Below the pieces are notes generated by a model that worked only from the letters and a program-made list of their open reading frames with translations, was not told where the DNA came from and did not search any database. Source: Setoptus koraiensis (lineage: Eukaryota; Animalia; Arthropoda). From it: a stretch of DNA of 64,000 nt. The translations under genes were made by a program, and so were the position numbers. How positions within the stretch are numbered: position 1 is the stretch's first letter; each line of letters opens with the position of its first letter. The DNA lies in assembly GCA_048013815.1 (NCBI GenBank), contig CM106586.1, forward strand, positions 18,724,001 to 18,788,000, read 5' to 3'. Positions 14,901 to 26,761 of the stretch are shown piece by piece.

Positions 14901-16961
14901 CAGCCGATCAGCCGATCAGCTGATCAGCTGGTCAGCTGGGCGACGAGAGTATTATGTGTATTATTGTGTCGTTGCGCAATCGCTGTGATTTGATTGGAGA
15001 GCGTGATTTGGCCGATCACGGTCGATCACCGTTGCTCGCCGTTGCTCGCTGTTGCAGTCGCTGCCCATAGGAGAAAGTGAGGCCCAGACACACACACACA
15101 ATTGTTGTTGCGTAATAGCTGCATAATTTGCAGCCTATTGTATGTAACTGTATGCGCTTGCACACTGGCCCAAATGATTATTGCACCAGCCTGTCTGGTA
15201 TTAACTGGTTGTGCATGTAGCTAACTGTAACATGTATTTGTTGCCTATTAGACGGGCGCCTCTAGCGGACCTTGCGAGCACCATTTTTGGTGTGGCCCAT
15301 GTTTATGAGCGACTGACGCAACAGCGCCAAAGCGACTGACGCAACAGCGCCAAAGCGACTGACGCAACAGCGCCAAAGCGACAGAGAGCGACAGTCTTGT
15401 CGCCAAGACCGCTGTTACGTCACAGTTGGCTGGCATTGTGGCAGCGGCGAGAGTATTGCACACAGCGAACAGCGACAAACGGGCGAGCCACTTGTGTTCG
15501 TATTCTTTTGGCGAGACTCTGTCAACCAGAAGTGAAGCTGACCAACGACTGACCACTTGTTGTGGCAGCAACAAAGAACTGGACGAACGCATTGTGTCGG
15601 TGGCCAATTGTTGGCCCGTTGTTGCCCGCGATTGGCTTGTGCGGCCGGCCGGCCGGCCGCATTGGCGCGCAATCGAATGCGGCCACTGGCTGATCTCATC
15701 TTGGCAAAAAGATGAGATTTTATCATTACTTTATCTTTATTTTTACTTTCGTGTTCACTGCGACCGTTCGGGCCGCAGAACGATGAAACATCTTTCTGAA
15801 ATGTGTGTGAACGTTGCTCGATGGCCGTCCGATGACCGTCCGATGGCCGCCCGATGGCCGCCCGATGATTGGCGGCCGGAGCGTGCCACAAGCCGCCCTG
15901 TACGGGGCACACTTGTTGCATGCGCCAACACACAATTTTGTATCAAACGGCGGCAGCATCATTATAAAAGGGAACGGCATCATTTGGTGGCAGTGCCTTC
16001 CCGAATTGGCAAATAATAATGCGATTCCCCGATAATGCGATTCCCTAATAATGCAATTGCCGTTGCAGCCAGTTTACAGCAAACAGAGGCGAGACAAGAG
16101 CGACGGCGCAACTTGGCCAACGCACACCAAGCCAAACTTCCCGAACAACAAAATCCCCGCAACCAAAAGGGGAACAATGGCAGCCCGATTGGCGCCAACA
16201 ACAATTAGATTAATGATGATGCAACAATCTATGTTTGGTCAGTGGCAGTTTGAGCGCTACAAACTGCGCTTCTGACGCAACAATCACAATGCTGTCGTCG
16301 TTGTTGTTGTTGTTGCTGTTGTTGCTGTTGTTGCTGTCGCTGTTGTTGTTGTCGCTGTTGTTGCTGTTGTTGCTGTTGTGGGCAGATCGGCAGCAAAGGG
16401 GATGCGCTGGCCATTGGAGATGGTCGCTGTCATTTAGTGGCCGCTTTCGGCAATAATTTGTGCAGTTTGCGGCAGCCATTGGCCACTAGCGACCAAACAC
16501 AAATGCATATTGCAGTCGATGATGATATAAAGTGTAATGTACAAAATACAACAACAACCACAACAGCAACAACAGCAACAACAGCAACAGAACTAATTAA
16601 CTATGCATAGATATTGTGCGCGTCACGAACTGTGCGCTAACAAGACCCACCGACACAATGCCGCCGACAGCACAGACTTTTTTGGCCAGCTCGCCGCCGC
16701 TGCGAATAACGGCCGCAACGGGCATTGCGCAACAAGCAACGGGCAACAGGTAACGGGTGACGGGTAGAGGGTGACGTCACTTAGGTAACCGTTAGCAGTG
16801 GCCAGTTACATAACCGTTGGTAGTGGCCAGTTGCATGGCTGTTGGCAGTGGTCAGTGGCGTCACTAACGGTGCGGTGTAGTTGTGTGCGTGAATTAATAG
16901 CGCGCGAATAGCGACTGAACACCATTAATCACAACGTCATTTGTTGTTGCTGGCGTTGTTC

Positions 16962-17025
<64 letters not shown>

Positions 17026-19503
17026 CTGCTGCTGCCGCAGTAACTAATATTGTTGTTGTTGTTACATAACTTTTATAACAATTTGTTATTAGTAACAAAC
17101 ACAACAAAACAAATGGCTGTTGCTGTTGCCCAGTTGCTCACACAACACAACTTATTACGTAAGCAGTGCGGCCAGGTGAGCGGTGGCCGTTGCGTAGGCG
17201 CTTGCGGTATCCATATTGGCATCAGCTGTTGAGCCATCAACAGCAGCTATCAACAGCAGCTATCAACAACAACAACAACAGCAACAACAACAACAACAAC
17301 AACACTGGATTAGCTCAGGTGAGAGACCCAATATGGCGGCTCATTGGTACCCACACGTTGCGACGCCCACCGTTGTTGTATGGGCAAGCGTTGAACCAAT
17401 TTGCAGATTGTTAGCTGCAGATTAACAGCGCACAGTGCAGCGCGGTAATTAATGAATGATATACGGATGTTTGGGCACGAATTACATCGCATAAATAACA
17501 ACAGTAGTTACATAACGCATGCCCATGACACACACACACACACAAACGGGCAATTTGTTACCTGAGACACACAACAACCCGTTACGCAAACAGATTGGCT
17601 GACAAACTAATGAACACACTCTGGTGTGTTATGTAATGTCCATCAATGCCATGCCTATTGCTGACGCTGCTTTGAGCGCGTCCAGTGGACACTTGAGCCT
17701 GTTACGTAACACACTCTTGCGCAACACACTCTTGGGTTACACACACGACAAAACATGGAGATAAAACGTGCGACCAGACTTGTGGGGACACTCACACACA
17801 CACACACAAATGTGAGCCCGCTGGCCGGTGCCCGAGAGCTGGGCACACAGCTATCATCGCAACGGTCTTGCCAGCGAAAATTCCCTGGCAAGACGCTGTG
17901 TGATTGCGCAATGGCCGGCCCAAGGGACGGCTCGTCGGTTCATTGGTCACTCGCACTCATCGCAGGCTGTTGGCGGCGCGCAAACGGCCGCCAACAGCCG
18001 AACGCCATAGCCGGCGGGACTATTAATGGTCGTCGGCGTTATTAGCCAATTGCGCTGCCAGGCGCCGTCGGACGCTGTCGGGGATGCTTGTGTGTTTGTT
18101 TGTATAATCATAATACATTATGTAATGTTTATGCATGCAAAATAGGCAAATCGTCATCACGACGACACACCAACGAATTAGCGCACAAATTATAGCGCAC
18201 ATAACGGCAACGTCACGATTGAGCCGATCCAATTCTCTCACCAATAAACAAATCCACTGACCACTGGCCCTTTTCACACTGACCGCTCGCCGCTTGCATG
18301 CTGACCACTGGGCCGGCGTACTGGCCGGCGGCACGGTATCGAGCAGCCGGCAAACAACGAGACAGTTGTCATGCTTTTTGTCGTCGGTTGACACACACCA
18401 TTGTCGCAACAATGGCCACTAAATTGGGCGATCGCTGCAGCAAGCAACTAGGAAATGGCGCACACAAAGCTCATGATTCATCACAGATTGATCGCAATCA
18501 ACGACAGTCCGCCCCAACCATACGGCACGCTCGATTGGCAAGCTCGATCGGCAAGCTCGATCGGCAAGACCGATTGGCAAGACCGATTGGCAAGACCGAT
18601 TGGCAAGCTAAACTGGCGAGCCGCGGCCAGTGCAGCCGCGGAACAATGGCCATGGAAATATCGACAATGGAAACATCGACAATGGCAATTGCGAGAGTGG
18701 AAACATCGACAATGACAATTGCGACGGGGAAAACATCGACAATCGAATACTCACCTCAAATGTGTAGGTCTTGTGACGCTGACAGGTGACCACTCGTATG
18801 CAATCGACTAGCGATATTATTTTGGCAGGTATTTGTTTCTTGTATTTCATTTCGGTGTCGAACAGCTCCAGCCGCTGGATGCCCGATTTGCTGCCGTCAT
18901 ATAGCACCAGGTACTTCCTGTGCCATTTCTGTTGGCGCGTTTCCGGTTGATACATTGATGATTGCGTCATGTCGTTCAGTTTGTTTGATGTGGCGGAATG
19001 TGTCGGTGTTGTTCGATGTGGTGGCATGTGTCGGTGTGGTGGAATGTGTCGATGTTGTAGATTTTGTCGATGCGGTTCATTTTGTCGATGTTGTGAGCCG
19101 TTGCAGGTCGAGTTGTTTGGTGGGCGACATGCACATTTGGGTTGATTGATTTTTTGCAAGCAGCGTCAAATCGATCATCGTTCGCGAATAACACAAAGAA
19201 ACAGATAAATTGGTTAGTTTGCAGTTGCATCAAATTGAGCTGACAATGAGACATTGGGGGCCGATGTTTTGCGCGCCAGCCACAACTGAGCCAACGAGCG
19301 GTCGCACTGGGCCGCATCGGGCCGCATCGGGCCTCACTGGGCCGCATCGGGCCGCTTTGGGGCCCGTTCGCCAGCCACTGGCCTCAAAATGATCCCGTTC
19401 AAAAGCGTGCAAAACAAAGATAGAGATAACTCACCCTGAAGAAGCCGCTCGACGATTGCATGGACAAATTTCCACACTTCACGATGCGCTGAGTGTCGTC
19501 CAT
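4805..19503 (-). CDS. Dok: Docking protein (Dok family; PH + IRS-type PTB adaptor), 3 exons, ~1332 aa
   Basis: Exon 1 is 19503-19435 (MDDTQRIVKCGNLSMQSSSGFFR, donor gtgagt). Exon 2 is 18928-18755 (KWHRKYLVLYDGSKSGIQRLELFD...TYTFE, caacag/gtgagt). Exon 3 is 8560-4805 (acceptor caatag; VRTKEHLHLFAAQSYQDMNDWVNCLR completes the PH domain). All introns are phase 0. IRS-PTB signature: WSWPYQCIRRYGFDKDNCFMFEAGRKCTSGPGQF. The tail is long, low-complexity and Tyr-containing. Confidence 0.88.
11165..11239. repeat. (CAA)n microsatellite in Dok intron 2
   Basis: About 25 uninterrupted CAA units seen directly; source of several spurious poly-N/T/C/V ORFs. Confidence 0.95.
15311..15382. repeat. 23-bp minisatellite x3 (gactgacgcaacagcgccaaagc)
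   Basis: Three exact tandem copies starting at 15311, 15334 and 15357. Confidence 0.9.
16963..17022. repeat. (CA)n microsatellite
   Basis: About 30 CA units. Confidence 0.95.
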
Positions 19504-19895
19504 TTGGCCGGTGTTTAGTTGATTGGTGTTTCGTTGAGTGTCTCTTGACTTGTTGTCTTGTATAAATATTATATAACGTCTACGTGACGTGTGTGCTGAA
19601 AATTATTGAAATTATCTGTTTAAACTTTATTGAAAGTTCAGTCTGTCGGTTGTCATTCACTTGGCGTATCTGAATTGTTCATGAGTGTTGTGCTGTTTCA
19701 ACGGTGTGGCTTGTTGGTCGGATCTGTGAGCTGTTGGTACAATCGTTCACCGTGATCATCAGTAATTAATGTGCCAAGGCAAATATCATTCAATTTTAAG
19801 CAACAATTGTGGCTTCGTTGAGTGTGTCGCTTGCGCCAGGGGTCATTGTCTCACTGACCACTGTCCACTTTCATGTTGTTACGTGTGTTGTTGTA

Positions 19896-19896
19896 G

Positions 19897-19964
<68 letters not shown>

Positions 19965-19965
19965 G
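19896..19965. repeat. (GTT)n microsatellite upstream of Dok
   Basis: About 23 uninterrupted GTT units. Confidence 0.95.
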
Positions 19966-22586
19966 CTGTTGCTGTTGTTGTGCGCGCAATGTTGTTGTTG
20001 CCAAATTTTTTGGATGATGATGTCACATAAGTGTGTCACGTCACGTGCTAGAAAAAGATGATGCAAACAATGAAAACATATGACAGGCACAATGAGAAAT
20101 GATGATACCGTCAGTGTTGTTGTTGTTTCTTGTTTAGCAATCTCGTCACGAATGATGAGTGAAAGCGATTCGAGAATTGTTGTCTAAACTTGGCTGGACT
20201 ACCATTGATTGAAGCAGCAGCAACAACAACAACAGCACACTTACAAAGCTGCGGCAAAACTGACAGCGAGCAACAGCAACCTGTTGCTGCCGTCGTCGTC
20301 GTTGTTGCTGTTGTTGTTGCTGTTGTTGTTGTAGCTGTTACTACCTGTTGTTGGCACTAACTGCTAATGCAATTCACAGTTAGACTCATTCGCCTAGACG
20401 CCGCCTAGCTCGTCGCTGGCGAGACCGCCCTCTGTCTCTCACTGTGTGCAACTATCTGGCGAGCTTCGCCTGACAGTTGGCTGCTCAAATGCCGAGAGAG
20501 CTTGCTTCTCGCGGCTTGTGTGTGCAATCGTGAGACACAAATGCAAATATTGGCAGTTTAATTTAAATAAATAAGCTTCGCATTGATAGAGAGATGCCAA
20601 TGAAACAAATCGATTGCTCGCCGACCAACAAAAAGATCCACTTGCTATAATTGTACAAGCTCTCTCGACATTGGGCACCGTGCTTTACCTGTGCCGGTGT
20701 GCAATATAACACAGTGATATATAGCATAGTGCAATATAACGCTTTTCATGGTCAACACATCCGCTTCTTGGGGGCCGCTGCTGGCTCGCCCTGTCGCACA
20801 AATTGTGCATTACAAATTACATTACTTCTTGGTGGTATTTTAGTTTGAGGGTATTTTGAAGGTATTTCATTTTGAAGGTACTTTATTTCAGAGGTATCAA
20901 CCATTGAGACAGCTATTAATACGACAGAGCTAACAGGCAGAGATTTGTCACAGGCACAAAACGGGCCTGTCCGAGGCGCACCGTCCAACGGGCGATCTCG
21001 GCATATCAATAGTAAGCAAACGATTGGCCGACGGGTGCCGACAGGCCCGTGGAAACAAGGGCGCTCGAAAGGGCAAAGAACTCGGCTTTTTTCGGTGGCA
21101 TTTCGGACATTCTCACTCGCTGGCCAGTGACAACTGACCAGTCAATCTGGCCTATCACTGATATGATATCAGTGCATGGGAAACGAGCGATAGAGTTCCC
21201 ATAGAATATTGATATCGTATTAAATACAATTCATTAGTATTCATTAGCGGCTGGCCAGCTGGCAACCACCGACAAACCAAGCTCAATTTGCTCACCGGCA
21301 GAAGCTCAATTTGGGCGACCAGTCAACACTTTTGGCCGCCATTCGGCCCCGTTTGACCCGGGCCGTCGCTGGCCAGACGGTCGCTGGCGAGACGGCGCCA
21401 GCAGACTGGCTGGCCAAACAAAGATGGAAGCGCCAAGATCGGCCAGTTCGAGACGCCAAGATCGGCCGGTTGGAAGCGGGGCTCAATTGTCAATTTTTGG
21501 CCGACAATTGAGCTTTCGCTTCGTGTACCTGTGGTTTCGCTTGTCGCTCGACGAGCACTCTCGATATCGCCACCGCTGTGGCTACTTCGACAGGTGCTTT
21601 CGCTGGCTCGTTTCCACTGGCCGCACTGGCTGTCCAGTGTCCAGTGGCCGCTGTCCAGTGTCCGGTGGCCGCTGTCCAGTGGCTATCGATTGTTGTTGTC
21701 GTTGTATCGTGAGTAAATAGACCAGTTACAGTGTCGAGCAATCGACCAACTCAAACACTCATTGACCAGTGACTGGAGAGCAATTTTTTGCCGCTTCTTG
21801 TTGTGCGTTTCGCCACCATTGGCCTTTTGGCTCTTTTGGACCCTGTTGGACTGTTTAGTTTTGCGCCGTTATAAGCACGCAATTATCCGTTTAATGTGCC
21901 CGTCGCTCTATTGGCCCTGCTCGCCGATAGCCAAACAAATCCATCTCAAATGGATTTATCCGCCAACAAACACAAGTGAAGCGAGTGAGTCAACCCACAA
22001 TGGCCAGCAACAATGCATAATGGGAGCACTCGATGTTACCAACTCGATGCTATCAACTCGATGTTACCAACTTGACAGTGTCCAGTTGATACTATCAACT
22101 CGATACGACAGCGACAATTTTGCCCGAGTAACATTGGCCCGGCTCAGCTCCAATGTGGACCCACTCTGGCCAGCGCAAGCGCTCTTTGGCCGCGTTGCAA
22201 GCTGGTCGGACGTGAGCCAGTTGTCGCCACTTTTATTTGGCCCTTTTCTATTGTTGGCTCCCGTTGGTCAGCTCACGTTTGATAGGCATGCCCGGTGCTG
22301 GACGACACCCGCTGACGGTGCCCATTATCGCCTCGGCGAGCATATAAATATAAGAGTTAATTTTAATGAAAATATTTGCCCAAAATAACTGGAAAAAGTG
22401 AGTGAGTTTGGCCATTATCGGCCAAACAAACACACAGTTTAACGCCACGGCGAAGTGGCCAAAAACAACCAGCGCCACTTGCCGATTGTGTTAACAGCCA
22501 GCCAGATACACAATATACTATAATAATCAATTGGCGAGCCAAGTGCCAGCGGCAGCCGCTCACACTCGCACCAACGGCAACCGACG

Positions 22587-22660
22587 GGCAACCGACAAGC
22601 GACCGGCAGGCAACCGACAAGCGACCGGCAGGCAACCGACAAGCGACCGGCAGGCGACCG
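22587..22660. repeat. 22-bp minisatellite x3 (ggcaaccgacaagcgaccggca)
   Basis: Three exact tandem copies plus a partial fourth. Confidence 0.9.
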
Positions 22661-24765
22661 AAGGCAGCAGCAAATAAACGGCAACCGAAGGCAACCGATA
22701 AAGCCGATTAGGCCGAAATTGTTATGTCCGAATCTGTGCGATAATCCGGCCCGTCGCGCCTGTGTCAGCCAGTCTGGGCAAACAATCCGATGCGTCGTGT
22801 CTAAAAATAAATAAATATCCGCGCGCTTGTTTGGATTGGACAGCGAGCAAGTTTTGGCTGGCACGATCTTATCTTGAGTTACAATTGTTAGGCAGGCGAT
22901 TTATTCAAAATGTGCAAGCTTTTGTCGCCGGCAATCAATCCATCAATCGCTCATCATCGATCATGATCGATGATTGTGTCAGTGGACACATCAACACAGC
23001 AGATATTTTGATATTTTGATATTTTGATTTGATTTTGGTCGCTCGGCGCGATCTTGGCAAGCGATGGCGCATCAGCCAAGACCAAGCGAGAGTGAAAACG
23101 AGTGAAAGCCCGCCAGCGCTAATCCACATCCAATCCAGCGGACATAATCTGTCAATCGCCACTCATTGATGACTACTCATCAATGATGGCTCATCCAATG
23201 ATGAGACGCGCTCGCTTGACCGGAAGCGAGCATGGACGCTGGCGGCAGTGAGCGCCTATGCTCGCTTCCGGTCAAGCGATGGAACTGGCAATTGAGTGAG
23301 CTGCGCGCAGTGTCGCCGGCCATGCTCCGGCGATTGTTGTGACAGTGGCAACAGTGACAGTGGCAACACGGTGACACAACACGCTGACAGAGCGCACAAT
23401 AGGTGCCATATATCTGGCCACTTGTTACGCAAGCGGCCAGACGGTTCTGTCGAGCTGTGAGCTGTGCGCTGTGCGATTTGCATGGCACAACGCGACCCAT
23501 AATGCGATATACACATGATACAGTCACCTTGGCGCACACACACAAACCGTTATGACAAGAGATTTGACAACAATTTGTTGTCGCTGTTTACGACCAGCCA
23601 TGTACGACCGGCCGTCACATGGCTGGCAAGCGACGGTTGTAAACAATAACTAGAGAGAGCAAATAACTCAATAACCAGATGACTGAACAACCAAACGACT
23701 GCTAATGACTGGACAACCGAACGGCCGAACAACCAGATAACAGACTGACTGACCAGATAACCAAATCACTGAATGACCAGATAACCAAATCACTGAAATA
23801 ACTGGATAAAGTTGCGCGCGAGTGGCGCGCTCACACACAATTAATTAGCATTGTGTGTCGCGCAGATATTAATTTTCGATGGCTATTGGCAAGCTTGGCC
23901 GGCCGGCCGGACACAGCACACACAGTTTGGCACAATTTGCACAAAAACGCCCGACGCACACGCACACCTAATGATTGATGGTCATGAACGAGCGTTGCGT
24001 TACGCAACTGACTGGCGTTTCATTGTTTGCATAACACAACCCGTTGCTTGCTTTATGTTTATCTCGCAACAATCGCCCAATGATCGCACAACCAGCGCAC
24101 AACAATCTGCTGCTCGAGTTCAGCGAGCCGAGCCGGCCGCCAAGCAAGCAACAAGTGTGACATTGACCATCCAGTCGCTACATGTTGCGCATTGTCCGGC
24201 GCGACAATATAACATGTAACACAATCGCCTTGGCACACAGCGCCACACAGCCTTGTAACAAGCGCAGTGTCAAGCTTGTTTGTCGGAAGCGACGAGAGCT
24301 CGCAAAAACAATGACGCAACTGACAAACTGTGTGCATGGCAGTCGTTGTGCCATGACTGACCGGTGGCCACCAAGCGCACACACAACAGTGAGCGCTGTC
24401 AAAATGGGCGACAAGCCCAGTTGGTTGCGTTGTCCAGTTGGCCCGCAAACAACGGCCCTGATTAGTAGCCGAGCAACAACAACAACAACAGCAACAACAA
24501 CAACAACAACAACTGTTAGTGGCGCTCGTTGCCTGATGCCTATCACGTTGTTAGCCGGCCGTGAGCCCATATACGACTGTGATATATGTTACGTAACAGG
24601 CTCACAGGCGATTTCGGCCACAACCAGCGTCAGTGTCGCTTGACCAGCTCACAATGGCCAGTGGTCAGTGTGAGCTTGTTAGTGTCGCAAGTGGCCTAAT
24701 GAGCAATGTGCGGCCCGTCAGCGGCTCACCCAACGCTCGTCACAGCACTGCGCGTCGCCCGGCAC

Positions 24766-24850
24766 CAGGTAACCGGCGCGTCAGCTGACACAGGTAACCG
24801 GCGCGTCAGCTGACACAGGTAACTGGCGCGTCAGCTGACACAGGTAACTG
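24766..24850. repeat. 25-bp minisatellite x3.4 (caggtaac[c/t]ggcgcgtcagctgaca)
   Basis: Units start at 24766, 24791, 24816 and 24841 (partial). Confidence 0.9.
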
Positions 24851-26074
24851 TCGGAGCGCGGTCGTGCTGGGCGCGTTTACAGCTTTTTATCGAGCCTCGC
24901 ATCGAGCCGTCGCTGTCTCGTTGCGCGCACTCGTTGTAGCGAGCTCTCGTTGTTTCGAGCTCTCGATGATTCGAGCCGTCGCTGTTGCGAGCTCTCATTG
25001 CAGTGTCGAGCGTGTGATGGCCGTGCGATCGCTGTTGTGATCGCTGTTGTGATCGCCGTCGCCAACACGGCTGCTGGCTCGCTGCAAGTGTCTAGACAAG
25101 CGTCTAGACACTTGTAGCGAGCGTCTAGCTGTGCGCAGCACTTACACGATTGTCGGCGCACAATGCACACGGTGCACAAGCGGGCGAGACGAGATAATTA
25201 GCGGTGATTAACGCGCACATTCTAATAGCGGACGGGGCGCCGATGAGAGCGCGACATGAGCTCAAACAAACGCATAAATGAGCAGTAGTGAGCAGTGGTG
25301 AGCATTGGTGAGCATTGGTGAGCATTGGTGAGCGCAAATGAGCGCAAATGAGCGAGCGCCCACCGGCCCGCTCAGGCGTCAAATGATGATGAGCAGCCAA
25401 CGATGATGGCAACGAGCGAGCCCCGCTGCACAGATAAACAACTTGCGCCGGCAGCGCTCGGGCCGGCAAAGTCTGGCAAGCCGGCCAGCAAGCCAGCAGC
25501 GCCACCATTACCTGTGAATGCTAATCATGACAGGTAATGGTGGCGCACAAAGTTTGCGTATCGCCGTGTGTGTTTGTTTGTTTGTTTGTTTGTTATTGCG
25601 CAATGAGCATGTTATGTAATCAATGCTAATTTATCATGCATGCAAATTGCCGCTCAGTGGCCGCTCAACTGGCCGCTCAGCTGACTCAGGCGGCCGGTCG
25701 CTCAGCTGACCAGTGGTGGCATTAGCGGCGGCAAAAGCAGAAGCGGCAACAAACATGACGGTCGCTATGGAGACCGACTGACCGCTATCATCCTAATGTG
25801 TGTGCCGAACAACAAGTGCCGCCAATCCAGTTGATTGATCTTGTTCGAGCTTCGAGGGCCGACGGGCCGGCACGCAAGCAGCGGCCGCATGCCAACAAAC
25901 AAGGGCGAGCAGCGGCGACAAACAACGAGAGCGCATCATTGCAAGCCGGACACAAACAAACACCGGAAGTGCGCTGCGCACAGCACAAACAAGCCTGACC
26001 GAGCGGCCAAACCGAGCGGCCTTAGCTGAGGGCGACTCGCTTGCCGGTTGCAATCGAGCGCCGCTCGCGAAGCG

Positions 26075-26088
26075 GTTGCCCAGGCAAC
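26075..26088. promoter_or_regulatory. RFX X-box upstream of the TRPV (iav) gene
   Basis: GTTGCC-CA-GGCAAC fits the X-box consensus RYYNYY-N1-3-RRNRAC and lies ~670 bp 5' of the first iav coding exon. RFX is an established regulator of ciliated-sensory-neuron genes, including Drosophila iav/nan. Confidence 0.55.
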
Positions 26089-26643
26089 CGATTCTCTCGT
26101 TGGTGGCCATAATTGATTACAGGCGACAACAATACATGCAACGCTTTTGTTCAGCTGTTCGGTTGTTGGTTAGACCGTTGTTAGGCCGATACGCACTGGG
26201 CAGCGATTGCGCAACACTAGTGGCTGCTGGCTGCCGATCCGTTACGTCTGGCTGTCGCTGTTACCTGTGGCCGGTGCGTCTGCGCGCAATCTGAGCGTTT
26301 TATAACGTTACAACAATTGAAAACAATTGATTTGCCGGACAAATTGACTGGCGCGGCCCGCGCTCGAGCCACAGCCACCGTCGTCCATAGATGACACAGC
26401 AAGACGGCCGATGAGGCCAGCAATTGAGACGAAGCCGCCGAGACCAAACCTTCGAGACAACAAAGCAAATACAATGCGATGAGTGACAGCCAGCGCACAA
26501 GTCAAGACCAATCGCCAATTTCACTCGGCCAGCGCCTAGTCAGCTGACTGCCGGCCGGCCGGTCAGTCAGTGTTGCTGTTGTTGTATATTGAGACATAAA
26601 GTTAATTAATGCTGCTCATTGTTGCCACTCTCACCTGTGTACG

Positions 26644-26739
26644 AGATCACCCGAGCAAGATCACCTGTGCAAGATCACCTGTGCAAGATCACCTGTGCAA
26701 GATCAGCTGAGCAAGATCAGCTGAGCAAGATCAGCTGAC
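26644..26739. repeat. 14-bp tandem repeat x~7 (agatca[c/g]ctg[t/a]gca) carrying E-boxes
   Basis: Seen directly, immediately 5' of the iav first coding exon. Six units contain CACCTG or CAGCTG. Confidence 0.85.
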
Positions 26740-26761
26740 AGCGAGCAGCAACGTGAGCAAG

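Noticed and set aside
21762-22388. 208-aa ORF as the first exon of iav or an independent gene
   Set aside because: No recognisable motif, it contains local repeats, and its donor phase does not match the candidate acceptor at 26741.
8600-26600. Many 60-200 aa ORFs, including poly-C, poly-V, poly-T and poly-N frames
   Set aside because: They arise from (CAA)n/(GTT)n and GC-rich tandem repeats, mostly start at non-ATG codons, show no domain motifs and lie in a Dok intron or intergenic DNA.
24766-26739. CRISPR-like appearance of the short tandem arrays
   Set aside because: The units are directly adjacent without unique spacers, there are no cas genes, and the context is eukaryotic.
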